DNA from: an uncultured Candidatus Saccharibacteria bacterium
GTDB lineage: Bacteria; Patescibacteriota; Saccharimonadia; Saccharimonadales; JAUPVS01
Assembly (NCBI GenBank): GCA_964410185.1
Contig: CAYPFM010000002.1
Coordinates: forward strand, 200,047-240,253
DNA: 40,207 nucleotides
Direction of reading: 5' to 3'
This document shows positions 1 through 11,471 of the stretch, one piece after another (within the stretch, counting starts at the first letter, position 1; every line of letters starts with the position of its first letter). The notes beneath the pieces are model-generated. The model made no database searches, had not been told where the DNA came from, and saw only the letters and a list, made by a program, of their open reading frames with translations. The position numbers were made by a program, and so were the translations under genes.

Positions 1-1389
1 GAAACCACCGATGGCTCAACCGTCACGGCCTTTGCCTTGAACCTGATGGAAGACGAAATCGGTACGGTTATTTTGGGTGAAGACACGCTGGTGAAGGCCG
101 GTGCCAAAGCTCGTTTGACTGGTAAGGTTTTGGAAGTTCCGGTCGGTCCAGAACTGATTGGTCGCGTGGTTGACCCGCTTGGCCGCCCACTCGACGACAA
201 GGGTCCAATCAAGACTCGTCACACTGGTTTGGTAGAAAAAGCTGCCCCCGGTGTTTTGGATCGCAAATCTGTCCATGAACCACTGATGACCGGTATTATG
301 GCCATCGACGGCATGGTACCAATCGGTCGTGGCCAGCGTGAGTTGATTATTGGTGACCGCCAAACTGGTAAAACTGCCATTGCTATCGACACCATGATCA
401 ACCAGCACCAACAAGGTACTGGTGTGATTAACATCTACGTCGCCGTTGGTCAGAAGCTGTCTAAGGTTGCTCGTATGATTGAGCGCCTCAAGCGCGAAGG
501 TGTGATGGATCAAACCATCGTGATCGCCACCAGCGCCTCAGACCCTGCTTCCCTGCAGTACTTGGCACCTTACGCCGGTACCGCCATGGGCGAATACTTC
601 CGCGATAACAGCCAGCACGCGCTGATAATTTATGATGATTTAACCAAACACGCCGCCGCCTATCGCCAGATGTCACTATTGCTGCGCCGCCCACCGGGCC
701 GTGAAGCCTACCCAGGTGACGTCTTCTACCTGCACTCCCGCCTCTTGGAGCGTTCCGCTAAGTTGTCCGACGAAAAAGGTGCCGGTTCCCTAACCGCCCT
801 GCCAATCATCGAAACTCAGGCCGGTGATATTAGTGCCTACATCCCAACCAACGTTATTTCCATCACCGACGGTCAGATCTTTATGGAAACCAGCTTGTTC
901 TACCAAGGTATTCGCCCGGCTATTTCGGTTGGTTTGTCGGTCTCACGTGTGGGTGGCTCGGCCCAAACCAAGGCTGTGAAGTCGGTGGCTGGAACCTTGC
1001 GTCTGAGCCTGGCCCAGTTCCGCGAATTGGCCGCTTTTGCCCAGTTCTCAACCGACCTCGATAGCGAAACCAAGCAGCGCATTAGCCGCGGTCAGCGCTT
1101 GACTGAATTGCTCAAGCAACCACAGTTCTCACCAATGAGTGTCTGGGAACAAACGGCCGCCTTGATGGCGACTACCAACGGCGCCTTTGACCATGTTCCC
1201 GTTGAAAAGATTAAAGATGCTGAAAAAGCCTTACTGACTCGCCTGCACTCTAGCAACCGCAAGGAAATGACCGAGCTGGACAAGGGCGACAAGCCATCCG
1301 ACAAGACCAAAGACCTGATCATTAAAGCTGCCGAACAGGTGGCCAAGAGTTATCATGCCGAAAAGCCCAAAGAGGAAGCAAAGGCCTAA
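1..1389 (+). CDS. atpA: F0F1 ATP synthase subunit alpha (5' partial, open to window edge)
   Basis: Frame 1 is open from nt 1 with no upstream stop. Walker A GDRQTGKT is present and the sequence is F1-alpha-like throughout ([27 protein letters not shown]). Stop is TAA 1387-1389. Confidence 0.95.
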   Translation, partial: ETTDGSTVTAFALNLMEDEIGTVILGEDTLVKAGAKARLTGKVLEVPVGPELIGRVVDPLGRPLDDKGPIKTRHTGLVEKAAPGVLDRKSVHEPLMTGIMAIDGMVPIGRGQRELIIGDRQTGKTAIAIDTMINQHQQGTGVINIYVAVGQKLSKVARMIERLKREGVMDQTIVIATSASDPASLQYLAPYAGTAMGEYFRDNSQHALIIYDDLTKHAAAYRQMSLLLRRPPGREAYPGDVFYLHSRLLERSAKLSDEKGAGSLTALPIIETQAGDISAYIPTNVISITDGQIFMETSLFYQGIRPAISVGLSVSRVGGSAQTKAVKSVAGTLRLSLAQFRELAAFAQFSTDLDSETKQRISRGQRLTELLKQPQFSPMSVWEQTAALMATTNGAFDHVPVEKIKDAEKALLTRLHSSNRKEMTELDKGDKPSDKTKDLIIKAAEQVAKSYHAEKPKEEAKA

Positions 1390-1391
1390 CA

Positions 1392-1775
1392 ATGCCCATA
1401 ATCGCCGACCGGATTAGTCAGCTTGCTCCGCCCAACGAACTTGATTTATGGCGAGCTAAAGCCCACTGGCGCAATAGTTCGCTGCGCCCGGAAGCGGTGC
1501 CTGGTTACGAAGGTGTGCCAGTTGATGCGCTGGCAGTCTTGTGGGGTGCTATGCGACAGGGTGGTGTACAACGAGTGCTCGGCGAATCAGTGGCCGACCC
1601 CTTCGATTATGCAGATGCAGTAAAAGAAGTCTCCAATGCATGTATTGAATATGCGATTGCACTCACCGGAATTGAAATGACGGATAAAGTTGATCATCTG
1701 ACAGGTGGATTAGTGCCTTTCCTGGACGCAATTGTCGTTAATCATTCTATGGAAGCGGAGGCCGCCAATGGCTAG
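1392..1775 (+). CDS. hypothetical acidic 127-aa protein inserted between atpA and atpG
   Basis: The ATG lies 2 nt after the atpA stop. The TAG stop overlaps the atpG ATG by 8 nt, so the ORF fills the gap exactly. No TM segment, signal peptide or recognisable motif. Confidence 0.6.
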   Translation: MPIIADRISQLAPPNELDLWRAKAHWRNSSLRPEAVPGYEGVPVDALAVLWGAMRQGGVQRVLGESVADPFDYADAVKEVSNACIEYAIALTGIEMTDKVDHLTGGLVPFLDAIVVNHSMEAEAANG

Positions 1776-2630
1776 TACCCAACTCCTCAAGCGTCGCATG
1801 GGTTCAATTAAGAACACCAAGCAAATCACCAAGGCCATGGAATTGGTGTCGGCCAGCAAGATGCGCCGCGCCCAAGAAAGCGCCTACAAATCGCGTGACT
1901 TCCGCAATGTGGCTCGCGAAATTCTGACTCGTCTGCGTCAATTGACTGATGTTGAGCAGCACCCACTGTTCAAGCAACGTAAGATTAAGACTCGCTTGCA
2001 CGTGGTGATTGCCAGTGATCGAACGCTAGCCGGTGCTTACAACAGCAACATTATGAAGGCGTTTGCCAGGGCCTTACAAGAAGACCAAGAAATGGGCATT
2101 ATCAGCCAGGCCATCGTCATTGGTCGGCAAGCTGCCCGCTTTGCGGCAAAGTTACAAAATCTTGAAGTCGTGGCCGTTTACGAGCATTTTGCCGAGCACC
2201 CTACCGCCAATGACATTCGTCCGATTCTTAACACTCTTGTCGACAAGTTTGCTGACCGCACCGTTGACGCGGTTGATATCATCTACACTGACTACAAGAC
2301 CAGCTTGCGCCAAGAAGTTGAAGTTCAGCGCCTGCTACCCGCCGCCTTCCAAGATATTGAGATCGAGCCGGACCTGGAAAAGGCGATTTTTGAGCCATCA
2401 GTGCGGGCGGTTTTGGATAATGTCACCCTGCGTCTGATCGAGGCCCAGCTCAGCCAGGCCATTCTGGAAAGCTTTGCCAGCGAACACTCTATGCGGATGC
2501 TGGCCATGAAGAACGCCAGTGACAACGCGACTGAAATTATCGATGACCTGACCCTGGCCTTTAATAGTGCAAGGCAAGCCAGTATTACCCAAGAAATAGC
2601 AGAAATAACCGGTGGGGCGGAGGCAATCGC

Positions 2631-2634
<4 letters not shown>
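1768..2634 (+). CDS. atpG: F0F1 ATP synthase subunit gamma
   Basis: The N-terminus from ATG 1768 (MASTQLLKRRMGSIKNTKQITKAMELVSASKMRRAQ) is a canonical gamma start. GGAGG at 1757-1761 sits 6 nt upstream. The C-terminus ITQEIAEITGGAEA is typical. Confidence 0.9.
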
Positions 2635-4639
<2,005 letters not shown>

Positions 4640-5068
4640 GTGCTACGCTTTCAACTCGTAACCCTCGAAGGTACTAAACTAGACGAAGAAGTCTACGAAG
4701 TGCGCCTGCCTACCCCAGATGGTGAGATTGGTGTTTTTACCAATCACGCGCCACTGGTGAGTGTGGCTGTGCCAGGGGTTATAACGGTTAAGCGCGGCGC
4801 CAGCGACCCGGAAGCCAAGTGGGAATACTACGCCAGCAACGGTGGGGTTATCGAAATTGTCGAAGGTATTGTGCGCGTCTTGGTTGATGAAGCCGACCGC
4901 GAAGATGAGATCAACGAGCAAGAGGCTCAAAAGGCCTTCGAGAAAGCCAAGTCGATGCAAGCCGATGCCAAAGATCAGGTGACGCTCGAGCAGGCGCAAG
5001 ACTTAATCGACCGCCATGCGGTTCGTTTGCAGGTTGCCAACTTGCGCCGTCGCAAGACGCGCCGCTAA
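4640..5068 (+). CDS. atpC: F0F1 ATP synthase subunit epsilon
   Basis: GTG start directly follows the atpD TAA. The N-terminal beta-sandwich pattern (LPTPDGEIGVFTNHAPL) and helical C-terminus are epsilon-like, and the position is the last gene of the operon. Confidence 0.85.
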   Translation: MLRFQLVTLEGTKLDEEVYEVRLPTPDGEIGVFTNHAPLVSVAVPGVITVKRGASDPEAKWEYYASNGGVIEIVEGIVRVLVDEADREDEINEQEAQKAFEKAKSMQADAKDQVTLEQAQDLIDRHAVRLQVANLRRRKTRR

Positions 5069-5134
5069 TCAAACTGGCCATTTTTGCGTTTTCGTACTAT
5101 GCTATAAACATATATAACAAGGAGTGAGGGTATC

Positions 5135-5815
5135 ATGAAGCGAAGAATTTTAGGTATGGTCTTAGCGGAGTTTCTCGGCGTAGCCATTCTAACGTCAGTC
5201 TTGCTGGCCGTTGGTAAATCAGGTGTTGGTTATTCATACTTTCTAAGTTCAGGTGTCGCCATCGCCTTCATTGGTGCTTCGATGCTACTGGCTCGCACTT
5301 CTGGTGCGCAATTTAACCCAGCAGTTACGTTGGGTCTGTGGTCAAGCCGCCGCATTCCTACCACCAAGGCTGTCGCTTATATTGCCGCGCAGTTTGCCGG
5401 TGGTGCCTTTGCTTGGTGGCTTTACACCTACCTGACCAAACAGCCATTGCCAACCACACCACAGACGTTCGCTTGGAATGTGTTTGTGGCTGAAATGATT
5501 GCCGGTTTTGTCATCGCAGCCGGTGTAGCCGCGGCTGTTTATCACGAAATTGATGGTTGGGCCTTTGCGGCCACTGTGGCAGGTGCTATCTTTGTTGGTA
5601 CCTTGATTGCTTCACTTGGCTCAAATGGTATCGGTAACCCGGCTATCGCCTTGGGTGTTCGCAACTGGAGCTGGGCGTATGTTGCTGGACCACTTGTTGG
5701 TGGTATCGTTGGTACCAACCTATACTTGTATGTTTTGGCGCCTCGTGCTGATATGACGAAGGCTGTCGCCATGGCCGCTCCTGCCAAGAAGCGTTCTACA
5801 AAAAAGACTAAATAG
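5135..5815 (+). CDS. MIP family channel (aquaporin/glycerol-facilitator-like)
   Basis: Two NPA boxes ([11 protein letters not shown] and [10 protein letters not shown]) and about 6 TM segments. AAGGAG SD lies upstream. Lys-rich C-terminal tail. Confidence 0.85.
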   Translation: MKRRILGMVLAEFLGVAILTSVLLAVGKSGVGYSYFLSSGVAIAFIGASMLLARTSGAQFNPAVTLGLWSSRRIPTTKAVAYIAAQFAGGAFAWWLYTYLTKQPLPTTPQTFAWNVFVAEMIAGFVIAAGVAAAVYHEIDGWAFAATVAGAIFVGTLIASLGSNGIGNPAIALGVRNWSWAYVAGPLVGGIVGTNLYLYVLAPRADMTKAVAMAAPAKKRSTKKTK

Positions 5816-8800
5816 TTCCGTTTAACAGGTCGTCCTCAAACTGCTTAATGCCTTTGAGGTCGGCAGAATACAAACTGGTGTCCGGGAAGTCGAGCTGCAT
5901 AATATGTTGCCAGACCACCGCCACCAGTTTTTCAATGCGCGCCACATCTTCTGCCTTAGGTACGTAATTGAGTTGGTGTATGACGCCATCTTCGTCAGGC
6001 TCGACAAACTGTAGCCCGAGCTGACTGACGTCGTATTGTTTAAAGTGGGCCGAGCCGTTAACGAGCAACTTATAAAAGACCAGTTGTTGCTGGTAGAGAT
6101 GGGCGGTTCGGCGCCGATCGGGGCTGGGGTGCCAACTCGTCAAAGGACGACTGGTTTTGTAGTCGATAATCGCCAGCTGATTGGTATCAAGCTCACGCAT
6201 AACATCGATTTTGCCGGTCAGTCGTGCTTCGCCGAGCACGACGCCCTCTTTTGCAAAGTTGTACTCGCTGCGGTCATTTGGCTTGAAGGATGTTTTTGCC
6301 TCGGGGTAGAAATCTTCCAGTGCGGTCTTGCCCCTATCCAGCAGTAGTTGCTTGTCGGCCTCGCTGAGACTCGACGACAACAGATTATCAGCAAAGACTT
6401 TCTGGACCATGCCCAAGCTGGGGAGTTTGAGGTGGCGGGCGTGCTGGGCGTGCATGTAGTGGAGAGTTTCGTGAATGGCGGAGCCGTAGACCGAACTGGC
6501 CGTAAAGGCTTCTGGGAAGTGCAGCAAATGGCGCATGAAGAAGTGTTGTGGACCGGCGTATTTGACATCGAGGAAGCTATTTAAGTGTGTGGCGCTGAGC
6601 TGATAGTTTTGCAGTGTGTGGCGCAGGCTGTCGGCTAAGGACTGCTTTTGTGGAGAGGTTATCTCCCAGTGGATTTCTTGGGTGCGCACTAAGTCGGCAG
6701 TTTTAGCCGGTGGCACCATTGTAATTGGCGGCAGCCCCAGAACCGCCTCGTTGAGCCAGCTGACTGGTTCGGTACTCTTACCGGCTAATGTCTGGCCGTA
6801 ACTCATGAGAGTAAGTCGTTGGCGGGCTCGCGTAAGCGCGACATAAAACAGTCGCAGATGATCATCATTACTTTCCCGACCTGGCTTAATCCAGGCCAGG
6901 TTGGTCGGTAGGCCAAAGCGGTAGCTATTATGACGGGTCTTGATGCCCCAGACGTCATTATGGACGGCGAGTAGGTAGACACTGTCCCACTCCATTCCTT
7001 TAGCCTTGTGCGCGCTCACCAGCTCGACGGCGTCGCTGCTGGTGCTGTGTGGATTGGTGTCAAGCAAATTGAGGCCGCTCTGCTGGTAGAGCTCAACAAA
7101 CTCGAGCAGATTGCTTAGGGTGAGTGGTTGCCCTGGTCGATATTCACGCAACTTCTCGCGTAAAGTGGTCAATTGTCCTAGTAGGCTGAAGTAATCCTGG
7201 CTGTGCGTTTGGAGGCGCTCCTGACTAAAGTAATACTGGCGATACGGAACGCGCCAACCTGGCACCACTTCCTGGTTACCGAGTAATAGATCAAACATGA
7301 CGTCAAGTGGCTTGCCAAGCGCCTGCTGGCTGAGCGCCGGTAGCGCTTGGGCAAAGCCTCGAATCGTTGGATCAGCGTGGTTTGCCATGACTTCTAACCA
7401 AAGTTGTTTTGATTTGTAGGCCTCGATGGACAGGTTCCATAAAACCAGCGGGTCAAGCTGCCAGTATTCGGCAGCCAACACCTTGGGAAGGAGGACATCA
7501 ACCTCTTGCCAACGCCGGTCGGCGGCGGCCTGAACAAGTTGCGCCAGTTGTATGACTTCAGCCACGTGCGGCTGAGTTAGGATATGTTCGCGTTTTTCGT
7601 AGTTAACCGGTACGCCACGATCGAGCAGATATGGTACCAGGGCACGTAGGTAGGCGTGCTTGGGTGCGATGACGGCGATACTACTCGGCTTGGCTCCCTG
7701 CTTGATTTGTTTGGCGATTGAGTCGGCTACCTGGGCGTACTGATCAAGCTCCGAAACAGTCTGGTAGCGGCTAATTTCGACTTTGGGTGCCGGTTGAAGG
7801 CCGCTACTGAGTTGTTTGGAAATGTCGGGTAAGCGGTTTTCGAGACGGTCGTCACCCTGGGTGATAACTTGTCGAGCCAAGTCCAGCAAGGGTTGCCCGG
7901 AACGGTAATTCTTGGTTAATACAATTTGTTGAACGTTCCGCCACTTTTGCGCAAAGTCGACCATGATTGATAGTTCGGCGCCCTGGAACCGAAAGATACC
8001 TTGGTCATCGTCACCGACTACCATAATGTTAGGGCGCTGTTCATTGACGGGGTTGTCGCACAGCAGGTCGAGTAGCTTGTTTTGGGCGCCGTTGGTGTCC
8101 TGGTACTCGTCCACCAAGATGTACTGGTATTGCTCTTGTAGGGTAAAGCGTAACTCGGGCTCAAGTTCCAACGCTTGGCTGGCGCGCAGGATCATGTCGT
8201 CGTACGAATACAGCCCCTTGCTTGCCAACGCGGCCTGGTAGCGGCTGTAAATAGTTGTCAGCGCCGCCAGCGTTTTGGTGCTACGTCGATCTTTAAGGAT
8301 CCACTTCTTGTGGTCGTTCTGAACCAGCCATTTATTGCGCCAGGCCGTTACGCTGGTTGCGAAACGCTTAGTCGGGTCGACCTGTTCGACGGCGGTGGCA
8401 AGTTCAGCAATAAAAAGGTCAGCCAGCGAGCGATCGGCCGACTTTGGGTTGTAGTCAGACAACTTTTCTAAAAGAGCCCGATAGTGTGGTAATTGTTTGG
8501 CGCTTGGGGTTTCGGCAAAGACTGGTTCGACCAGTGGTTCGGCGAACGCGACAAATTCTTGGTTGGCGTGCGTAATCGCGGTGAGTTGCTCGGGAGTAAT
8601 GCCAGCCTGCTTCAGCCAGCTAATCGCCGCACGAGCCGAGTTCAGATAGAAGAATTCGTTATCAAGTTTTTTTTGCAGGGCGTTGCTGTGTGGCAGGGTT
8701 GCAAAGACGTCAGACAGAATTTCGAACGCTCCCAATTCCTCAACCGGTTTAACGAGTGGGTGCTCGCTAAAGTACTCGGGGTAGCGTTGAATGATTTCGG

Positions 8801-9086
8801 TTCCAAAGCCGTGGAAGGTGTAAATGCCAACGTGATAGGCGGCTTCGCCAATCTGTCGCGCCAGACGCTCGCGCATGTTGCGGGCAGCGTTGTCGGTAAA
8901 AGTTAAACAGAGGATGTTGTTCGGGTTCACGCCGGGCTCCTGCAAAATCCGTGCCACCCGTGTGCTCAGTAGCTGTGTTTTACCGGTGCCAGGACCGGCG
9001 ATTACCATAACTGGACCGTCAATTGTTTTGACGGCTTGTTGTTGGGCGGAATTGAGTTGCCGAAAGGCCTCCTGAAAATCACTCAT
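5808..9086 (-). CDS. UvrD/PcrA-type superfamily-1 helicase fused to a C-terminal PD-(D/E)XK (RecB/AddA-like) nuclease
   Basis: N-terminal Walker [10 protein letters not shown] and LVDEYQDTN (motif II). C-terminal nuclease motif GKIDVMRE...AIIDYKTS. 1092 aa. Confidence 0.85.
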   Translation of the reverse strand: MSDFQEAFRQLNSAQQQAVKTIDGPVMVIAGPGTGKTQLLSTRVARILQEPGVNPNNILCLTFTDNAARNMRERLARQIGEAAYHVGIYTFHGFGTEIIQRYPEYFSEHPLVKPVEELGAFEILSDVFATLPHSNALQKKLDNEFFYLNSARAAISWLKQAGITPEQLTAITHANQEFVAFAEPLVEPVFAETPSAKQLPHYRALLEKLSDYNPKSADRSLADLFIAELATAVEQVDPTKRFATSVTAWRNKWLVQNDHKKWILKDRRSTKTLAALTTIYSRYQAALASKGLYSYDDMILRASQALELEPELRFTLQEQYQYILVDEYQDTNGAQNKLLDLLCDNPVNEQRPNIMVVGDDDQGIFRFQGAELSIMVDFAQKWRNVQQIVLTKNYRSGQPLLDLARQVITQGDDRLENRLPDISKQLSSGLQPAPKVEISRYQTVSELDQYAQVADSIAKQIKQGAKPSSIAVIAPKHAYLRALVPYLLDRGVPVNYEKREHILTQPHVAEVIQLAQLVQAAADRRWQEVDVLLPKVLAAEYWQLDPLVLWNLSIEAYKSKQLWLEVMANHADPTIRGFAQALPALSQQALGKPLDVMFDLLLGNQEVVPGWRVPYRQYYFSQERLQTHSQDYFSLLGQLTTLREKLREYRPGQPLTLSNLLEFVELYQQSGLNLLDTNPHSTSSDAVELVSAHKAKGMEWDSVYLLAVHNDVWGIKTRHNSYRFGLPTNLAWIKPGRESNDDHLRLFYVALTRARQRLTLMSYGQTLAGKSTEPVSWLNEAVLGLPPITMVPPAKTADLVRTQEIHWEITSPQKQSLADSLRHTLQNYQLSATHLNSFLDVKYAGPQHFFMRHLLHFPEAFTASSVYGSAIHETLHYMHAQHARHLKLPSLGMVQKVFADNLLSSSLSEADKQLLLDRGKTALEDFYPEAKTSFKPNDRSEYNFAKEGVVLGEARLTGKIDVMRELDTNQLAIIDYKTSRPLTSWHPSPDRRRTAHLYQQQLVFYKLLVNGSAHFKQYDVSQLGLQFVEPDEDGVIHQLNYVPKAEDVARIEKLVAVVWQHIMQLDFPDTSLYSADLKGIKQFEDDLLNGTI

Positions 9087-9108
9087 GCTACCCTCTAGTA
9101 TAAAGTAC

Positions 9109-9138
9109 TTGCATTACTTTGGTGCACGGCAGTATGAT
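9109..9138 (+). promoter_or_regulatory. candidate sigma70-type promoter TTGCAT-N18-TATGAT for the 177-aa membrane protein gene
   Basis: TTGCAT at 9109-9114 and TATGAT at 9133-9138. AAGGAG SD at 9161-9166 lies 6 nt from ATG 9173. Confidence 0.35.
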
Positions 9139-9172
9139 TTGAGTAATACATAACCGTTCTAAGGAGATACTA

Positions 9173-9706
9173 ATGGCCTCATCACTCGAGTCACTCGAAA
9201 CTAAGTTAAACGAAGCGTTGGTTAAAAACGCCCCTTTCCAACTGCCTGAAGGTGCCCGCAAGTGGATTGCGACCTATGCTTGGGTATTTGCTTTGATTGG
9301 CCTTATCTTTGGTATCTTCACCTGCCTCGCGCTATTGCCATTGCTGGGCTTTGCTTCCGTTTTGGGCAGCGCTGTCGGTGCTGGTGTTTACGTTTTCTTT
9401 GCTTGGATCTCGCTGTTGGTTTTGATTGGTTACACCGTCTTGTTGGGTGTGGCGACGCCAAAGTTGAAGCGCATGGAAAAGAGTGGTTGGAATCTGATTT
9501 TCTACAGCTCTCTCTTCTTCTTTGCTTATGACGTTTTTAACGCCCTGACAAACTTTGGTGCTGGCGCTATCTTTGGTCTGATCTGGAATGTGTTAATGAC
9601 GACGGTGAGCCTGTACTTCATCTTTCAGGTTCGCAAGTACTTCCTAGGCAAAAAGCCTGCTGACGTTGCCGCTGCTGCCGAGAAAAAGCCAGCAGCCAAG
9701 AAGTAA
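9173..9706 (+). CDS. hypothetical integral membrane protein (about 4 TM) with Lys/Ala-rich C-terminal tail
   Basis: Strong SD and hydrophobic segments. The tail is KKPADVAAAAEKKPAAKK. Confidence 0.7.
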   Translation: MASSLESLETKLNEALVKNAPFQLPEGARKWIATYAWVFALIGLIFGIFTCLALLPLLGFASVLGSAVGAGVYVFFAWISLLVLIGYTVLLGVATPKLKRMEKSGWNLIFYSSLFFFAYDVFNALTNFGAGAIFGLIWNVLMTTVSLYFIFQVRKYFLGKKPADVAAAAEKKPAAKK

Positions 9707-10699
9707 TTACCCCGCTAGCGGTAAGCTGATCGAGAAAGTTGAGCCTTTGCCCTGTTCGCTTTTGACTGAAATTGTGCCGCCTTGTAACTCCAGCAGTTGC
9801 TTGGCAATCGATAGGCCCAGGCCATAACCTTCGGTTTGAATCTTAGTGCGTGACTGATCGCTCCGATAAAAGCGGTCAAAGATGTGCGGCAGGTCGGTCT
9901 TACTAATTCCCTGCCCTTTGTCGGTGACGGTAAGGATGGCGTTGTGACCTTCTTGATGGCTGGCTAAAATGACTTCCCCAGCCTGGGAGCTGTACTTGAT
10001 GGCATTATCAAGCAGAACTTTGAGCACTTCGGCCAAAGCGACCTTGTCGGCTTGGACCTTGAGTGGTTTGACGTTGTTTTCAAAGACCATCTTTTTAGCC
10101 TGGGCAGCTTTGACGACATTGCTCATGGCTTCGATGGAAATATCCTCTAACGAAACGGCCTCTAGATTCAGCGCCTGGTCACCATTGCGAGCCAGCTTGA
10201 GGAGGTTTTCGGACAGGGCGCGCAGTTTACTGACTTCTTCGAGGTTGCTCTGAAGTAATTCCTTGGCTTGGGCGGCTGTAAGATCGCGTTTGCGCAGCGC
10301 GACTTCGATCTCGGTTTGCATGGCGGTGAGCGGCGTCCGCAGTTCGTGCGAGGCGTCGGCCGTAAAACGACTTTGTGATTCCATCGCCTCTTCAATTGGC
10401 TGCAAGGTTCGTTGCGCCAGAACGTAGCTAACTACACCGCCAGCTAGCAAAATGAACAGATTAAAGATGAACAAGTTGAAGATAAGATTGGCGTGGGCTT
10501 CATCCATGCGATCTTGACGGAACTGCTCGAACTCCTGGCTGAATAGGTTACTGGTGTAGCCTGGTCGTCGGAGGCCGCGGTCAAGCTCGTTGCTCGAGAC
10601 GTGATACAAAAAGAGGCTAAAGCCCAGGCTCAGCCCAACAATCATGGCCAGATAGTACATGGTCATCTTAAAGACCGCTGATTGAATCAGGGTTTTCAC
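9707..10699 (-). CDS. sensor histidine kinase (two N-terminal TM segments, short extracytoplasmic loop, HisKA + HATPase_c)
   Basis: H-box ADASHELRTPL, N-box LLDNAIKYS, G-boxes DKGQGI and GYGLGLSIAK. GTG start overlaps the response regulator stop (GTGA). Confidence 0.9.
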   Translation of the reverse strand: MKTLIQSAVFKMTMYYLAMIVGLSLGFSLFLYHVSSNELDRGLRRPGYTSNLFSQEFEQFRQDRMDEAHANLIFNLFIFNLFILLAGGVVSYVLAQRTLQPIEEAMESQSRFTADASHELRTPLTAMQTEIEVALRKRDLTAAQAKELLQSNLEEVSKLRALSENLLKLARNGDQALNLEAVSLEDISIEAMSNVVKAAQAKKMVFENNVKPLKVQADKVALAEVLKVLLDNAIKYSSQAGEVILASHQEGHNAILTVTDKGQGISKTDLPHIFDRFYRSDQSRTKIQTEGYGLGLSIAKQLLELQGGTISVKSEQGKGSTFSISLPLAG

Positions 10700-11379
10700 T
10701 CTTTTTGGTCCCCGAGGCGATAGCCGAAGCCACGCACCGTATGTATCAAAGCAACGCCTTTAAATGGTTTATCGATTTTCTGCCGTAAGTACCCCATGTA
10801 GACCTCAACCGTGTTGGGCAAAACGTCGGCGTCAAAATCCCAGACATGGTTAATGATGTTTTGTTTGGAAAGAATTCGGCCCTTGTTGCGCATCAAGTAT
10901 TCCAACAGGGCAAACTCACGCTTAGATAAGGTGATGATTTTGTCATGGCGTTTGACGGTAAAGCTCGCCGGGTCGAGTGATAAATCTTTGACTCGCAAAA
11001 TTGGGCTGGCAGTATCTTTTGGTCGTCGCAAGAGTGCGCGAATGCGAGCCAGTAGTTCTTCGAAAGCAAAGGGTTTAATGAGGTAGTCATCGGCACCACT
11101 ATCCAGGCCTACAACCCGATCGCCGATCTGGTCTTTGGCGGTTAACATCAAAATCGGGGTGTGAATACCCTTTTGGCGGACTTGTTTGCAAATACTGATG
11201 CCGTCCGCGGAACCGGGCAACATGCGGTCGAGAATCATCAGGTCATACGATTCATTAAGGGCGTTAGCCAGACCCTGGTCGCCGTCGTAGGCCACGTCAA
11301 CAGCGTAGGACTCTTGTTCGAGCCCTTGTTTAATGGCGTTGGCTATCTTGTGCTCGTCTTCGACAACTAATAACTTCAT
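10696..11379 (-). CDS. OmpR/PhoB-family response regulator
   Basis: Receiver domain (MKLLVVEDE, DLMILDRMLPG, MLTAK) plus a winged-helix C-terminus (LSKREFALLEYLM, VRGFGYRL). Confidence 0.93.
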   Translation of the reverse strand: MKLLVVEDEHKIANAIKQGLEQESYAVDVAYDGDQGLANALNESYDLMILDRMLPGSADGISICKQVRQKGIHTPILMLTAKDQIGDRVVGLDSGADDYLIKPFAFEELLARIRALLRRPKDTASPILRVKDLSLDPASFTVKRHDKIITLSKREFALLEYLMRNKGRILSKQNIINHVWDFDADVLPNTVEVYMGYLRQKIDKPFKGVALIHTVRGFGYRLGDQKE

Positions 11380-11386
11380 ACCACTT

Positions 11387-11392
11387 ATTGTA
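11387..11392 (-). promoter_or_regulatory. -10-like TACAAT 7 nt upstream of the response-regulator ATG (leaderless candidate)
   Basis: Plus-strand ATTGTA at 11387-11392. ATG at 11379. There is no SD in the 7-nt gap. Confidence 0.3.
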
Positions 11393-11404
11393 CCCCACTG
11401 TAAC

Positions 11405-11421
11405 TGAGAAATAATTGAGAA
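11405..11421. promoter_or_regulatory. direct repeat TGAGAA-N5-TGAGAA (11-bp phasing), candidate OmpR-family binding site
   Basis: TGAGAA at 11405-11410 and 11416-11421. The repeat sits between the two divergent -10 elements of the regulator/membrane-protein intergenic region. Confidence 0.3.
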
Positions 11422-11440
11422 TAGGACTAGTCAACAATTA

Positions 11441-11449
11441 TGGTATAGT
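11441..11449 (+). promoter_or_regulatory. extended -10 TGgTATAGT for the 308-aa membrane protein gene
   Basis: TG at 11441-11442 and TATAGT at 11444-11449. AAGGAG at 11461-11466 precedes ATG 11472. Confidence 0.3.
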
Positions 11450-11471
11450 ATAGGTAATATAAGGAGTTATC

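Noticed and set aside
16-513. 165-aa minus-strand ORF antisense to atpA. Similar long antisense or alternate-frame ORFs occur at 3428-3850, 8493-8906, 14709-15083, 18970-19479, 30837-31238, 31284-31592, 33354-33806 and 34714-35244.
   Set aside because: Each lies wholly inside a gene with unambiguous family motifs on the other strand or frame. The translations are low-complexity or Arg/Ser/Thr-rich shadow products with no start context.
1732-1767. Upstream ATG at 1732 as the atpG start (ORF-track start).
   Set aside because: It would add 12 non-conserved residues. ATG 1768 has a GGAGG 6 nt upstream and gives the canonical gamma N-terminus.
5041-5056. Hairpin CTTGCG-CCGT-CGCAAG near the end of atpC as an operon terminator.
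   Set aside because: It lies inside the coding sequence, has only a 6-bp stem, and is not followed by a U-tract.
9707-9724. Imperfect palindrome TTACCCCGCTAGCGGTAA at the abutting stops of two convergent genes, considered as a bidirectional terminator.
   Set aside because: It is entirely within the histidine kinase coding sequence. The pairing is imperfect with almost no loop, and there is no U-tract on either strand.
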